64,000 bases of DNA from Syntrophorhabdaceae bacterium (GCA_963665295.1 OY762209.1:64001-128000), one strand, 5' to 3'. Shown: positions 27,980 to 37,624, numbered from the stretch's first letter. Translations and numbers: made by a program. The notes: generated by a model from the letters alone, not told the origin.

Positions 27980-28153
27980 ATGGCTACGGTGGATATTTGC
28001 ATCTATGACAAGTTCAAGGACATGGTGGAAGACCAGGGAGGCCTGGAGATCATCCGCGACCTCGCACCAGGCACGGATCAATACCGTTCGGTATACCACG
28101 TCGCGAAGGGCGGCAAAGAGCGCATCCGTAAGGTCGCGGGAGGTGTGGAATGA
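27980..28153 (+). CDS. Small protein resembling phenylphosphate carboxylase gamma subunit (57 aa, possibly truncated)
   Basis: GAGGAGGAG RBS; MATVDICIYDKFKDMVEDQGGLEIIRDLAPGTDQYRSVYHVAKGGKERIRKVAGGVE; ATGA overlap with ubiX. Confidence 0.65.
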   Translation: MATVDICIYDKFKDMVEDQGGLEIIRDLAPGTDQYRSVYHVAKGGKERIRKVAGGVE

Positions 28154-28743
28154 GCGGCATTATTGTCGGCATATCAGGGGCCACGGGGCTGATCTACGGC
28201 GTGCGCGCACTGGAGGCTTTGCGCGCCTGCGGTATGGAGAGCCATCTCGTGGTAACGCAATCGGCCGCGCGAATCCTCGCGATGGAGACGGAATACACCA
28301 TCGATTACGTAAGGTCCCTCGCTACCTGTGTCCACGACGTGGACAACGTGGGCGCCTCTCTCGCGAGCGGCTCCTTTAAAGTCGACGGCATGGCCATCAT
28401 GCCGTGCTCGATAAAATCCCTCTCCGCCGTGGCCAACTCCTTTGACTATAATCTCCTCGTCAGAGCCGCAGACGTGACCCTCAAGGAAAGAAGAAAGCTC
28501 GTTCTCCTGGTGAGGGAAACGCCCCTCCACGAAGGCCACCTCGAGCTCATGACCAGGGTCACCCGCATGGGCGGGATCATCCTGCCCCCTGCCCCCGCTT
28601 TCTACCACATGCCGAAGACCATCGACGACATCGTGAACCAGACGGTAGGCAAAGTGCTCGACCAGTTCGGGATCGACGCTCATCTCTTCAGGCGGTGGGG
28701 GCAGGCGGATGATACGCGTATCGCCAGGGCAGGGATAAAATGA
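28150..28743 (+). CDS. ubiX: UbiX flavin prenyltransferase
   Basis: GISGATG, ASGSF, PCSIKSLS, RAADVTLKERRKLVL, RETPL, PAFYH. Confidence 0.96.
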   Translation: MSGIIVGISGATGLIYGVRALEALRACGMESHLVVTQSAARILAMETEYTIDYVRSLATCVHDVDNVGASLASGSFKVDGMAIMPCSIKSLSAVANSFDYNLLVRAADVTLKERRKLVLLVRETPLHEGHLELMTRVTRMGGIILPPAPAFYHMPKTIDDIVNQTVGKVLDQFGIDAHLFRRWGQADDTRIARAGIK

Positions 28744-28833
28744 CGATGTCGGTCATGGTGGTCAGAGGCATGGGCAGTCTCTTCTTTGCTTTTCCACCGG
28801 ACCGTTCGTAAACTACTTAACGAGGAGGTTTTA

Positions 28834-29298
28834 ATGAGAAAAGTAGTATGCACCATGGTAGTGGCACTGGCGGTTGTCTTCGGCGCGGTAAGTCTTTTGC
28901 AGGCTGCTTCCCTCGATGATGCGAAGGCCCTTGCGGAGAAGGCGGCGGCATACATCAAGGCAAACGGAAGAGATAGGGGCATCGCAGAAGTGAACAACCC
29001 AAAAGGCCAGTTTGTAAAAGGCGACCTCTATGTCACGGTAACGGCTTTTGACGGACGGCTTCTGGCGCATCCCATGCAGCCCAAACTGGTCAATCTCGTA
29101 TCCGACCCCACACAGGTGAGGGATGCCACAGGGAAGCAGTTTGTTGTGGAAAACACCCAACTCGCCAAGACAAAGGGCAGCGGCTGGGTGACCTTTGCAT
29201 GGACGAATCCGGCGACGCAGAAAGCGCAGCCCGGAAAGTACTGGATTCAGAGAGTGGAAGGAATGGACATGTACACCATGTGCGGCGTTTTCCAATAA
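28834..29298 (+). CDS. Exported stand-alone single Cache domain protein
   Basis: Signal peptide; F.KGDLYV, LAHP, DATGK, GSGWV..AWTNP, CGV. Confidence 0.85.
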   Translation: MRKVVCTMVVALAVVFGAVSLLQAASLDDAKALAEKAAAYIKANGRDRGIAEVNNPKGQFVKGDLYVTVTAFDGRLLAHPMQPKLVNLVSDPTQVRDATGKQFVVENTQLAKTKGSGWVTFAWTNPATQKAQPGKYWIQRVEGMDMYTMCGVFQ

Positions 29299-29573
29299 CA
29301 GGCGGAGGAGCGCAGGCTCTCTTATGAAGGAAGGACGGCTTTTTCGATTATAGAAACAGCGGCTGCACCCGGATCTTTTGCATCAAAGGCGCCGGGGATG
29401 TGGAAGTCAGGGTTCCAGGAGACCGGCATGGCATTTTCAGCCTCGGGTCCTTCCTGGAGCCCGACGTTATGGGCACACGCAGACGCAGACAGGCCTGCAA
29501 CTCACAAAGGGCGGCAGGTCGTCTTGACGAAGGGGTCCATTTTAACATCCTGTCATCCATTCGAGGTTGGTCA

Positions 29574-30758
29574 ATGCGGGAAAAGCTCTGGTCGAAGCAA
29601 TTCACAGCCATTATCGCGTCAAGTTTATTGATGGCCTGGGCCTTCTTTGCGGTAATGCCGACACTACCCGTATACCTTCTCGAAACGCTGAAGATAAGTC
29701 ACCGCAACGTCGGCTTGGTAATGGCGGCTTTTTCTGTCTCGGCAATCCTTGTCCGTCCTGTTTCAGGCTATCTCATAGATAATTATCACAGGTCCCGGCT
29801 GCTGATTATCGCCCTTTCCCTGATGACCGTGGTATATGGCATTTATCCCCTGATCGGCACTGTTTCGGCACTGTGTTTTCTAAGGTTCGTACATGGCGCC
29901 CTATGGGGTATCTGCAACTCCTCGAGCGCCCCTATTGTTGCCGACATTGCGCCCCCCGCTCACATCGGTGAGGGGATCGGGATATATGCGGTAACGATCC
30001 CCATGGGAATGACCATCGGCCCCTGGTTCGGCCTCGAACTGTTGAAAAGCCACGGTCCCCACGGGATGTTTCTTGCGGCTTGCGGCGTTTCTCTCCTCTC
30101 CTTGCTGGGCGCCGTCCGCGCACGAACCCCCTTCAAGCCCGTGATCAGAAGGAGGTTCTCCTTCCCGCACCTGCTTCACAGGAAGGCCCTCCCCATCTCC
30201 TTTTGCATGTTCTTTGTTATGATTGCCTACGGCGCGATAATCGTCTTCGTGGGTGTTTACGCCACACAAAAGAATTTCACCAACGTGGCCACATTCTTTC
30301 TCTGTTTCGCCGCGGCCGTCTTTCTCTCCCGGCTCTTCTCCGGCAGACTATTCGACAAGGGTTATGTCTCTCACCTCATACTCGCCGGTCTCGCGCTCAC
30401 CGGTGCCGGTATGCTCTGGCTCGGATTTGCGATAAACCCGATGCAGTTCCTGGTGGCGGGCATGGTCAACGGCTTGGGTTTCGGAACACTCACGTCCACA
30501 TGCCAGACTGCCGTGAACAGCTTGGTCAAGCCGAACGAAAGGGGTGCGGCAAATGCCACCTACATGGTTTCTTACGATCTGGGGGCCGGAGTCGGCTCAC
30601 TCTTAATCGGGCTTCTCTCCGATAAGGTTTCCATCGGAGAGATCTACCGATATACCACGGTTCTGATCATACTGTCCGCAGGTATCTTTATGCTTAAAGC
30701 GATTCCCCATTACCATCGCAACAAGCCGGCTGCAGGAACCGGAGGAACGAGTGGCTGA
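29574..30758 (+). CDS. MFS transporter
   Basis: About 12 TM; RPVSGYLID, RFVHG, ERGAANAT. Confidence 0.9.
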   Translation: MREKLWSKQFTAIIASSLLMAWAFFAVMPTLPVYLLETLKISHRNVGLVMAAFSVSAILVRPVSGYLIDNYHRSRLLIIALSLMTVVYGIYPLIGTVSALCFLRFVHGALWGICNSSSAPIVADIAPPAHIGEGIGIYAVTIPMGMTIGPWFGLELLKSHGPHGMFLAACGVSLLSLLGAVRARTPFKPVIRRRFSFPHLLHRKALPISFCMFFVMIAYGAIIVFVGVYATQKNFTNVATFFLCFAAAVFLSRLFSGRLFDKGYVSHLILAGLALTGAGMLWLGFAINPMQFLVAGMVNGLGFGTLTSTCQTAVNSLVKPNERGAANATYMVSYDLGAGVGSLLIGLLSDKVSIGEIYRYTTVLIILSAGIFMLKAIPHYHRNKPAAGTGGTSG

Positions 30759-30994
30759 AGAAAGAACCGGGCCCCACGCGAAGGCATTTCAACCAGGGCG
30801 GGTTCCGCGGGCAACCATACCTGCACGTTTTCGAATTTGTTCCGGCTTTATCCAGGGAGGATGTTGATGAAGGGGAACACTATCGGTTATAACTCAGGAT
30901 TCAGTCCATTGCGGAAAGCATCATCTTTGGTGGCGAAGGTTCCCCCATGGCGGCCCTCAGTGATCTTTCCAGGGAAGGAGGTGCGCGGACACAA

Positions 30995-32524
30995 ATGACC
31001 GTCCCGGATACAAGTGACTTCTTTTATGATGTTACGGTGAGGATATGCAGCAGCCTTCATCTCGAGGTGGCCATGACGAGGGCTGTACGATATATGGCGG
31101 ACTTCATGCCCCTCGACGAAATGTACGTATCGGTCTACAACAGGAATGATGGGGAGCATCGCGTGATCGCCCGGGCCACGCACCGCGAAGGCGAGCTTCT
31201 CAACCGCATCACCCGCGACATGCCGAAGCGTGTGCTGCAAGGCATAAGGGACTTTGACGAGCGGGTCGATAAGCAGCGCGCCCACATAGTCAATGATCCT
31301 CTGTCCGAGCTTCCCATGAGGTTTCTCTACCCCTTTGTCGAGTACGGTACATACTCCTGCCTCATGATGCCCCTGGCAGTGGAAGACTACCTCTTGGGTG
31401 TAGTCCTGCTTTTCGCTCACGGCCATGGCAAATATACCCGTGAACACGCCGGGTTGCTTGAAAAAGTCGCACAACCCTTTACCATCGCCCTTTCAAACAC
31501 CGTCGAGCACCTCGAACTCATGTATCTCAAAAGCCGGCTCGAAGACGAAAACCGCTGCCTGCGCAAGGAGCGCAGCGCAGCGAAGGAAATCGACATCATC
31601 GGAAAATTCAGTAGTCTTCGGTCAGTGATCGAGCTTGCCGAACTCGCGGCGCCCCTTACAAACCCCGTACTCCTTCTCGGCGAAACGGGCACGGGCAAGG
31701 AGGTCATCGCTCATGCCATTCACCGGATGTCGCCACGCAGGGACGAACCGCTGATCGCGGTAAATTGCGGCGCCATCTCACCCACCTTGCTCGACAGCGA
31801 GCTTTTCGGCCACGAAAAGGGTGCATTCACCGGCGCGACAGCACACAAACGGGGCTACTTCGAGCAAGCCCAGCATGGTACGATCTTTCTCGACGAGATA
31901 AGCGAACTACCGGCCGACGCGCAGGTACGCCTGCTGCGCGTCATTCAGGAAAAAGAGGTTCTCCGCGTCGGCGGAGAAAAGAGGATACCCCTCGATGTGA
32001 GGATCATATGCGCGACAAACCGGGACCTCGAAATAATGGTCAAGGAGGGGCACTTTCGCCAGGACCTGTTCTTCAGGGTAAACGTGTTCCCCATATGGAT
32101 ACCGCCCACCAGACAGCGCAGGGAAGATATCCCGCTCCTTGTAAGGGAGTTCATCTCCCTCAAGGCAGCGGACATGGGGCGGCGCCCCGTGCCCTCCATA
32201 AGCGATCACGATATGCAACTCCTCGTCAACTACGACTGGCCCGGCAATGTCAGGGAGCTGCAGAATATCATCGAACGGGCCCTGATCCTGAGCAGGAACG
32301 GCATCATCGAGATTGCGCCGTTGCTCTTTCCCTCCAGGGACAACAAGACGACCCATTCCAGGGAAGAAGGGTTCATGAGGCTCGATGAGTGCATGAGTTC
32401 CAATATACTCTCTGCGCTGAAACAGGCAAAGGGTCGGATAAACGGGCCTGCGGGCGCCGCCGAACTGCTCGGGATAAACCCCAGCACATTGCGTAACAGG
32501 ATGAAGAAGCTAGGATTGAAGTAG
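30995..32524 (+). CDS. Sigma54-dependent activator (GAF-like, AAA+, Fis HTH)
   Basis: [35 protein letters not shown]-terminal HTH. Confidence 0.95.
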   Translation: MTVPDTSDFFYDVTVRICSSLHLEVAMTRAVRYMADFMPLDEMYVSVYNRNDGEHRVIARATHREGELLNRITRDMPKRVLQGIRDFDERVDKQRAHIVNDPLSELPMRFLYPFVEYGTYSCLMMPLAVEDYLLGVVLLFAHGHGKYTREHAGLLEKVAQPFTIALSNTVEHLELMYLKSRLEDENRCLRKERSAAKEIDIIGKFSSLRSVIELAELAAPLTNPVLLLGETGTGKEVIAHAIHRMSPRRDEPLIAVNCGAISPTLLDSELFGHEKGAFTGATAHKRGYFEQAQHGTIFLDEISELPADAQVRLLRVIQEKEVLRVGGEKRIPLDVRIICATNRDLEIMVKEGHFRQDLFFRVNVFPIWIPPTRQRREDIPLLVREFISLKAADMGRRPVPSISDHDMQLLVNYDWPGNVRELQNIIERALILSRNGIIEIAPLLFPSRDNKTTHSREEGFMRLDECMSSNILSALKQAKGRINGPAGAAELLGINPSTLRNRMKKLGLK

Positions 32525-32591
32525 CTTCTTTTTTCCGCGTCGGATCGCGAAAGGGCGCCTTGATTCCGCGCCCCGCCGTGACTCCTCTCTA

Positions 32592-34970
32592 CTACTTCCC
32601 GGCAGCCTCCGCTGCTTTCTTCTCCTTCATGGCGCGCCATACCTTTTCAGGGGTAAGGGGCAGGTCGTGGAATTTGATGCCCGTGGCCCTGTTGACCGCA
32701 TTGACAATAGCCGGCCCCACGGGGGCCGTAGTCCCCTCGCCCGCTTCCTTGGCTCCGAAGGGACCTTCGTCATCGGGATCGCCGCACAGGATGGTTTGAA
32801 TCTTCGGCATATCGAGGGCCGTAGGGAAGCGGTAGTCACGAAAGCCCGGATTGAGCATCCTGCCTTTGTCGTCGAATTGGGCTTCCTCAAACAGGATGAA
32901 GCCGAAGCCCATCTGGACCGAGCCCTCTACCTGGCCTTCCACCGCCCTTACGTTCAACGGACGGCCACAGTCGTGGGCGAAAATGAAATCCGAGACCTCG
33001 ATGCAGCCCGTCTCATCGTCCACCTCGACCCTTGCCGCGCCGGTACTGAAGCTGTAGGCCGTGGCATAGTTGCCCATATTCGTTCTGTATATCTCCTGGG
33101 TGCCGTCATGGGCAAAAGAACCGACTCCCACGACAGACTTGCCGAAATGCTTTTCCTCGTACATCCAGATCGCGTCGTTGTACGATATATCCTTTTCGGG
33201 ATCACCCTTCTTGAATACCCGGTGGTCCTTCATGGTGATATCTTCGGGCTTGCAGCCCCATTTCTCCGCAATGACCTCGAAGAGTCTGAGCTTCGCCTCG
33301 CCCACGGCCCTGCGGGCTGCGTTGCCCGCGAGAAAGGTTACGCGGCTTCCGTACGAACCCGAATCCCAGGGGGTGAGGGTCGTGTCCGACTGAACGAGCT
33401 TGACTTCATCCATCCTGAGACCCAGTTCCTCGGCGACGATCATGGTCATCACCGTGTCGGAGCCCTGACCGATCTCGTTTGCGCCCGTAAAAACGGTGGC
33501 GTAGCCCTCGCGATTGAGACGGACGGTCGTGCTGTTGGAGGTGTCTGCAGGCGTGACGAGTATGGGGAAGCCTGTGCCGGAAACGAAGCCGCTCCCCCCG
33601 ATGCCGACGCCCTCGCCGGGTTTGAGATTGTTCTTCCGTTCCTCCCAATGGATAGCTTCGGCCGCCTTATCGAGGGTCTCCGTAAAGGCGCAGCTTGTGA
33701 CCTGGAGTCCCGTCGGGGTCAGATACCCGGGGTCGCAGGCGTTGATGCGGCGCAGTTCGACGGGGTCGATGCCGAGTTCCCCGGCGACCTCGTCCATGTG
33801 GACGTCGTGTGCGAAGTGAACCTGACAGGAGGAATATCCGCGCATGGCCCCCGACGCGGGCTTATTCGTGTATGGACGCATGGCTGTCATGTCGATGTTG
33901 GGCACCTTGTAGGGCAGGGAGGCAAAGATGAGAGAGAGGATATTCGCCGCAATACCTGAGCCTCCGTACGCTCCGCCGTCAAGGACATGCCTGCAGCGCT
34001 TGGCGAGCATGGTGCCGTCCTTCTTGAAAGCGCTCTCGATCTCGAACAGGATCGGGTGACGCGACCGTGTCCCGTAGAAGACCTCCTCCCGGGTGAGGAC
34101 AACCTTGACGGGACGACCCGTTTTTATGGCCATCAGGGAGGAGCACAACTCGTAGGGACAGGAGTCTATCTTGCCGCCAAAGCCGCCGCCCACATATGGC
34201 TTGATGACCCTGACCCGGCTCATGGGAAGTCCGAGGCCGTAAGCGATCCAAAAACGGGCGACGTACGCGTTCTGGGTGGTGGTCCAGACCGTGAGTTCGT
34301 CGTTTTCCCACTTGGCGAGGGTGCCGTGAGGCTCGATGGCGCAGTGCATCACGGGTTGCGTGGAGTAATGAACCTTGTCGGTATAATCCGCCTCGGCAAA
34401 GGCCTTGTCGCAGTCGCCCGCCTTCATCTCGGTAAACATGCTGAAGTTGTGCGAGCCGGGATGGTGTACCGCGGGAGCGTCGTCCTTCATGGCGTCAATG
34501 GGATCGAGGACAAAGGGGAGTTCCTCGTACACGACCTCGATGAGGTCGATGGCTTCCTGGGCCGTCTCCTCGTCCACAGCCGCCACAGCCGCCACTTCGT
34601 CGCCCACGAATCTGACCTCCTCCGTGCAAAGACATTCCTTATCCGCAAGCTCTTTGAACGCCTCAGGATTGCCGATCTTGATTCCGGGAAAGTCCTTCCC
34701 TGTAATGACGCACTTTACTCCCGGCAGCGCCTCGGCCTTCGAAGTGTCGATGCTTATGATCTTTGCATGGGCGTAGGGGCTCCGTTTGAGCTTTCCGTAA
34801 AGCATGCCCGGAAGGATCACGTCGTCCGTGTATTTGGCCCTACCCGTGACCTTGTCCTCCGCGTCCACGCGGTGGTACGTCTTGCCTACAAGTTCGTAGT
34901 CCTCGGGCTTTTTATAGATCTTTTTCAGATGGTCGTAGTATTTCCAGTTTTCAGATCTTTCTTTCGCCAT
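32592..34970 (-). CDS. Xanthine dehydrogenase family molybdopterin-binding subunit
   Basis: KVTGRAKY, VGGGFGGK, GAMRGY, EIGQG, GSYGSRVT, EGQVEG, FGAKEAGE. Confidence 0.95.
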   Translation of the reverse strand: MAKERSENWKYYDHLKKIYKKPEDYELVGKTYHRVDAEDKVTGRAKYTDDVILPGMLYGKLKRSPYAHAKIISIDTSKAEALPGVKCVITGKDFPGIKIGNPEAFKELADKECLCTEEVRFVGDEVAAVAAVDEETAQEAIDLIEVVYEELPFVLDPIDAMKDDAPAVHHPGSHNFSMFTEMKAGDCDKAFAEADYTDKVHYSTQPVMHCAIEPHGTLAKWENDELTVWTTTQNAYVARFWIAYGLGLPMSRVRVIKPYVGGGFGGKIDSCPYELCSSLMAIKTGRPVKVVLTREEVFYGTRSRHPILFEIESAFKKDGTMLAKRCRHVLDGGAYGGSGIAANILSLIFASLPYKVPNIDMTAMRPYTNKPASGAMRGYSSCQVHFAHDVHMDEVAGELGIDPVELRRINACDPGYLTPTGLQVTSCAFTETLDKAAEAIHWEERKNNLKPGEGVGIGGSGFVSGTGFPILVTPADTSNSTTVRLNREGYATVFTGANEIGQGSDTVMTMIVAEELGLRMDEVKLVQSDTTLTPWDSGSYGSRVTFLAGNAARRAVGEAKLRLFEVIAEKWGCKPEDITMKDHRVFKKGDPEKDISYNDAIWMYEEKHFGKSVVGVGSFAHDGTQEIYRTNMGNYATAYSFSTGAARVEVDDETGCIEVSDFIFAHDCGRPLNVRAVEGQVEGSVQMGFGFILFEEAQFDDKGRMLNPGFRDYRFPTALDMPKIQTILCGDPDDEGPFGAKEAGEGTTAPVGPAIVNAVNRATGIKFHDLPLTPEKVWRAMKEKKAAEAAGK

Positions 34971-34972
34971 TG

Positions 34973-35443
34973 TTATGCTTCCCTCAGTACTTCCGCGGCA
35001 GCGGAGATCGCTTCAACTATCTTGGCGTAGCCGGTGCAACGGCAGAGATTTCCTGCTATGGCATCTCTGATCTCATACTCCGTGGGGCTCGGATTCGCAT
35101 CGAGCAGGGCCATGGCGGACATAATCATGCCGGGGGTACAGAAGCCGCACTGTAGCGCCCACTTTTCGATAAACGCCTTTTGTACCGGGTTAAGGCGGCC
35201 CTTCTTTGCCACACCCTCGATGGTCTTCACTTCCTGACCGTCCGCCTCAACAGCGAGCATAAGGCAGGAATTTATGGGCGTGCCGTTCAAGAGTATGGTA
35301 CAGGCGCCGCACTCGCCTTCCTCGCAGCCTTTCTTGGTGCCGGTCAGTCCCATATTGTTGCGCAGGAAGTCCAGCATGGTACGGTTGTCCTGTATTAAAG
35401 CCTCGACCGGTTCGTCATTAAGTTTCAGGTGAATAATGCGCAT
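34973..35443 (-). CDS. Xanthine dehydrogenase family 2x[2Fe-2S] subunit
   Basis: GCEEGECGAC, QCGFCTPG, NLCRCTGY. Confidence 0.96.
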   Translation of the reverse strand: MRIIHLKLNDEPVEALIQDNRTMLDFLRNNMGLTGTKKGCEEGECGACTILLNGTPINSCLMLAVEADGQEVKTIEGVAKKGRLNPVQKAFIEKWALQCGFCTPGMIMSAMALLDANPSPTEYEIRDAIAGNLCRCTGYAKIVEAISAAAEVLREA

Positions 35444-35532
35444 TCTGTTTCTCCTTTTTCTATGCTTTGTTACGTGCCCCGCGGCTTCATAACCCCGGAA
35501 GCTGTTTCACGACGGTACACATTCCTCGCGTC

Positions 35533-36429
35533 TTACCCGTTCCGGTTCGCCGTGGGGCAAATCGCTTCGAGCGCTTTCCTGATCGAACGCTTCGTAAAGA
35601 CCCTGATCATATCCCTTCGGTAATCAGCCGAAGCCCGCACGTCGGAGATGGGCGAGCATTCCTCGGAAGCGGCGACCCCTGCCTGCCCGATAATCGCATC
35701 CGTCAACTCCCGGCCGGCAAGCACCTTCTCCGCGCCGGTTGCACGGATAGGCGTTACGGCGACCCCGTTCAGCGCAATGCGGCAATCGAGGCACTTGTTT
35801 CCCTCCATCCTGAGCCATGAGGCCACACCGACGATACCGATGTCCATCGCCTTCCTCACCGCATGTTTGATGTAGGCGGCACATTCGCCCGCCCCCGGCT
35901 CGGGAATGGTGATCTCCGTGACGATCTCGCCCTTGGTGAGGGTTGTCTTTCTTACATCCTTGAAGAATTCGCCCATGGAGATCGTGCGTCCCTTATCGGG
36001 TGAGGTGCGGAAGGTTTTTACCGAAGCGTTGAGCACAAGAAGAATCGGCGCCGTATCCGCGCACGGCGACGCGTTGCAGATGTTGCCCGCCATTGTCGCC
36101 CTGCCGCGCACCTGCGTTGAACCCACGAAATGGGCGGCATCGGCCACGGCGCTGAACTTCTCTTTCACCATTTTGGATGTTTCAATAGTGCGGAGCTTGG
36201 TGAGAGCGCCGATCTTGAGCCCCTCTCCCGGGATATACTCCAACCGGTCCATGCCGGGGATGCGTTTGATGTCGAGGATATACTCGGGTTTGAGCAGGCG
36301 ACTATTCATTAAGGCTACTATGTCGGTACCGCCCGCTAAGACAATGCATTTGTCGCCCAGCTCCGAGGCCAGGTTGCCTGCCTCTTCAATGCTGTGAGCA
36401 GCGACATAATCGAACTTGGGTAGAGCCAT
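35533..36429 (-). CDS. Xanthine dehydrogenase family FAD-binding subunit
   Basis: LAGGTD, ATMAGNICNASPCAD, PISDVRASADYRR. Confidence 0.95.
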   Translation of the reverse strand: MALPKFDYVAAHSIEEAGNLASELGDKCIVLAGGTDIVALMNSRLLKPEYILDIKRIPGMDRLEYIPGEGLKIGALTKLRTIETSKMVKEKFSAVADAAHFVGSTQVRGRATMAGNICNASPCADTAPILLVLNASVKTFRTSPDKGRTISMGEFFKDVRKTTLTKGEIVTEITIPEPGAGECAAYIKHAVRKAMDIGIVGVASWLRMEGNKCLDCRIALNGVAVTPIRATGAEKVLAGRELTDAIIGQAGVAASEECSPISDVRASADYRRDMIRVFTKRSIRKALEAICPTANRNG

Positions 36430-36541
36430 AAAGAAACCTCCTCAGTGCGTGTTGATAAATTTTTGGTCCGGGCACACCTCCGTCCCGGTTACAGCCCTCT
36501 TTCCGGCCGTCACGCGGCATGTGCCGTCTGCCACCGACAAA

Positions 36542-36558
36542 AGCAAAAAGCGTGCCGG
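36542..36558 (-). promoter_or_regulatory. Sigma54 -24/-12 promoter of the molybdoenzyme operon
   Basis: CCGGCACGCTTTTTGCT (GG-N10-GC) about 113 bp upstream of the FAD subunit. Confidence 0.75.
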
Positions 36559-36686
36559 TCGCTGCAAAACAGGGTGTTCCGCGATCCCGGACGAAGCCTT
36601 CATGATCGCCCAAACCAAACCGGGCCTTGCGAATCTGTTCGCGCAGCCCGGAGGGAGGCCGCCCGTGAAGGGGGAACAATTGGTCT

Positions 36687-36747
36687 TCGAAGTTACCGTA
36701 TTTGGAGACTTCGACCATAAACCGGTCTCCAAATACGGTAACTTCGA
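36687..36747. repeat. Perfect 23-bp inverted repeat, 15-nt spacer
   Basis: TCGAAGTTACCGTATTTGGAGAC ... GTCTCCAAATACGGTAACTTCGA. Confidence 0.85.
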
Positions 36748-36946
36748 GGGTCGTTATACAGCCCGGATCATAGCTATTGGGCGGAACGAAGACCACCTGC
36801 AGGAACGGAGGTAAAACCCGCACAGCACACGATTTCCATCTGAATGATGCCGCTTCTCTATTAAATTCAAATTTGAACTTTAAATTCTAACTTTGACTTG
36901 ACAGTCCCTGATTCGGGGTGCTAAGCCATATGGAGGGGACGGAAAA

Positions 36947-37624
36947 GTGATAGAGGAGAAGAACAAATTGACCAACCAGGATATCTTCAGTTCCACCGAC
37001 CGCGGAACCCGCGGCCGCCTCCTCGAAGCAGCGGGCGTCGTTTTCTCCGACAAGGGCTTCGAAGGGGCCACGGCCAAGGAGATATGCGACCTTGCCGGGA
37101 CCAACACCGCCGCAGTCAATTACTACTTCGGCGGTAAGGAGCATTTGTATGTTGAAGTGCTGCGCGAGGCCCACAACCGTACGGTCAGCTTCGGAATGCT
37201 CAAGGTCCTCGCCGAAGGCGCCCGCGCATCCCGACAGAATCTGGAGGAGTTCTTCGTCCGCCTCCTTCATTCGATGCTCGACAACTCTCCCCACAATTGG
37301 GCCGCCAGGATTATGATGCGTGAGATGACGTCCCGCACGGATGCTTTCACCGAACTCCTCGAACTCCAGGTCCTGCCTACCGAAAGGCTTTTCAGAAGTG
37401 TCATTTCAAGGTTCATGGGCCTGCCGGTGGACCACGAGGCCGTAATCCGGGGGACCCTGAGCACGGTATCTCAATTCTTGTTCATTTTGCAGAACAGGGA
37501 GGTCGTCGAACTGGTCAGCCCCGAACTTGATTTCAGGGGTGAAGGTATCGACAGAATGGCGCGGCATATCTGGCGTTTCACCAGCGCGGGGCTTCGAGCC
37601 CTTGCGAATGAAGCGAAGAAGTAA
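36947..37624 (+). CDS. TetR family regulator with CerR/YbiH-type (DUF1956) C-terminal domain
   Basis: TRGRLLEAA..VFSDKGF..AT.KEIC..AGTN.AAVNYYFGGKEHLY; IMMREM; palindrome TTCAAATTTGAA upstream (about 36866-36877). Confidence 0.88.
   Translation: MIEEKNKLTNQDIFSSTDRGTRGRLLEAAGVVFSDKGFEGATAKEICDLAGTNTAAVNYYFGGKEHLYVEVLREAHNRTVSFGMLKVLAEGARASRQNLEEFFVRLLHSMLDNSPHNWAARIMMREMTSRTDAFTELLELQVLPTERLFRSVISRFMGLPVDHEAVIRGTLSTVSQFLFILQNREVVELVSPELDFRGEGIDRMARHIWRFTSAGLRALANEAKK

Noticed and set aside
28081..28094. ATACCGTTCGGTAT palindrome resembling the TetR operator upstream of ubiX
   Set aside because: It lies inside the PpcG-like ORF with no adjacent promoter boxes; may be chance, so it is not counted.
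23029..28743. Assignment as phenylphosphate carboxylase or phthaloyl-CoA decarboxylase
   Set aside because: Only one UbiD is present, with no phenylphosphate synthase or delta subunit in the window; a specific call needs phylogeny.
32592..36429. hcrCAB (4-hydroxybenzoyl-CoA reductase) gene symbols
   Set aside because: The FAD subunit lacks the diagnostic [4Fe-4S] insertion.
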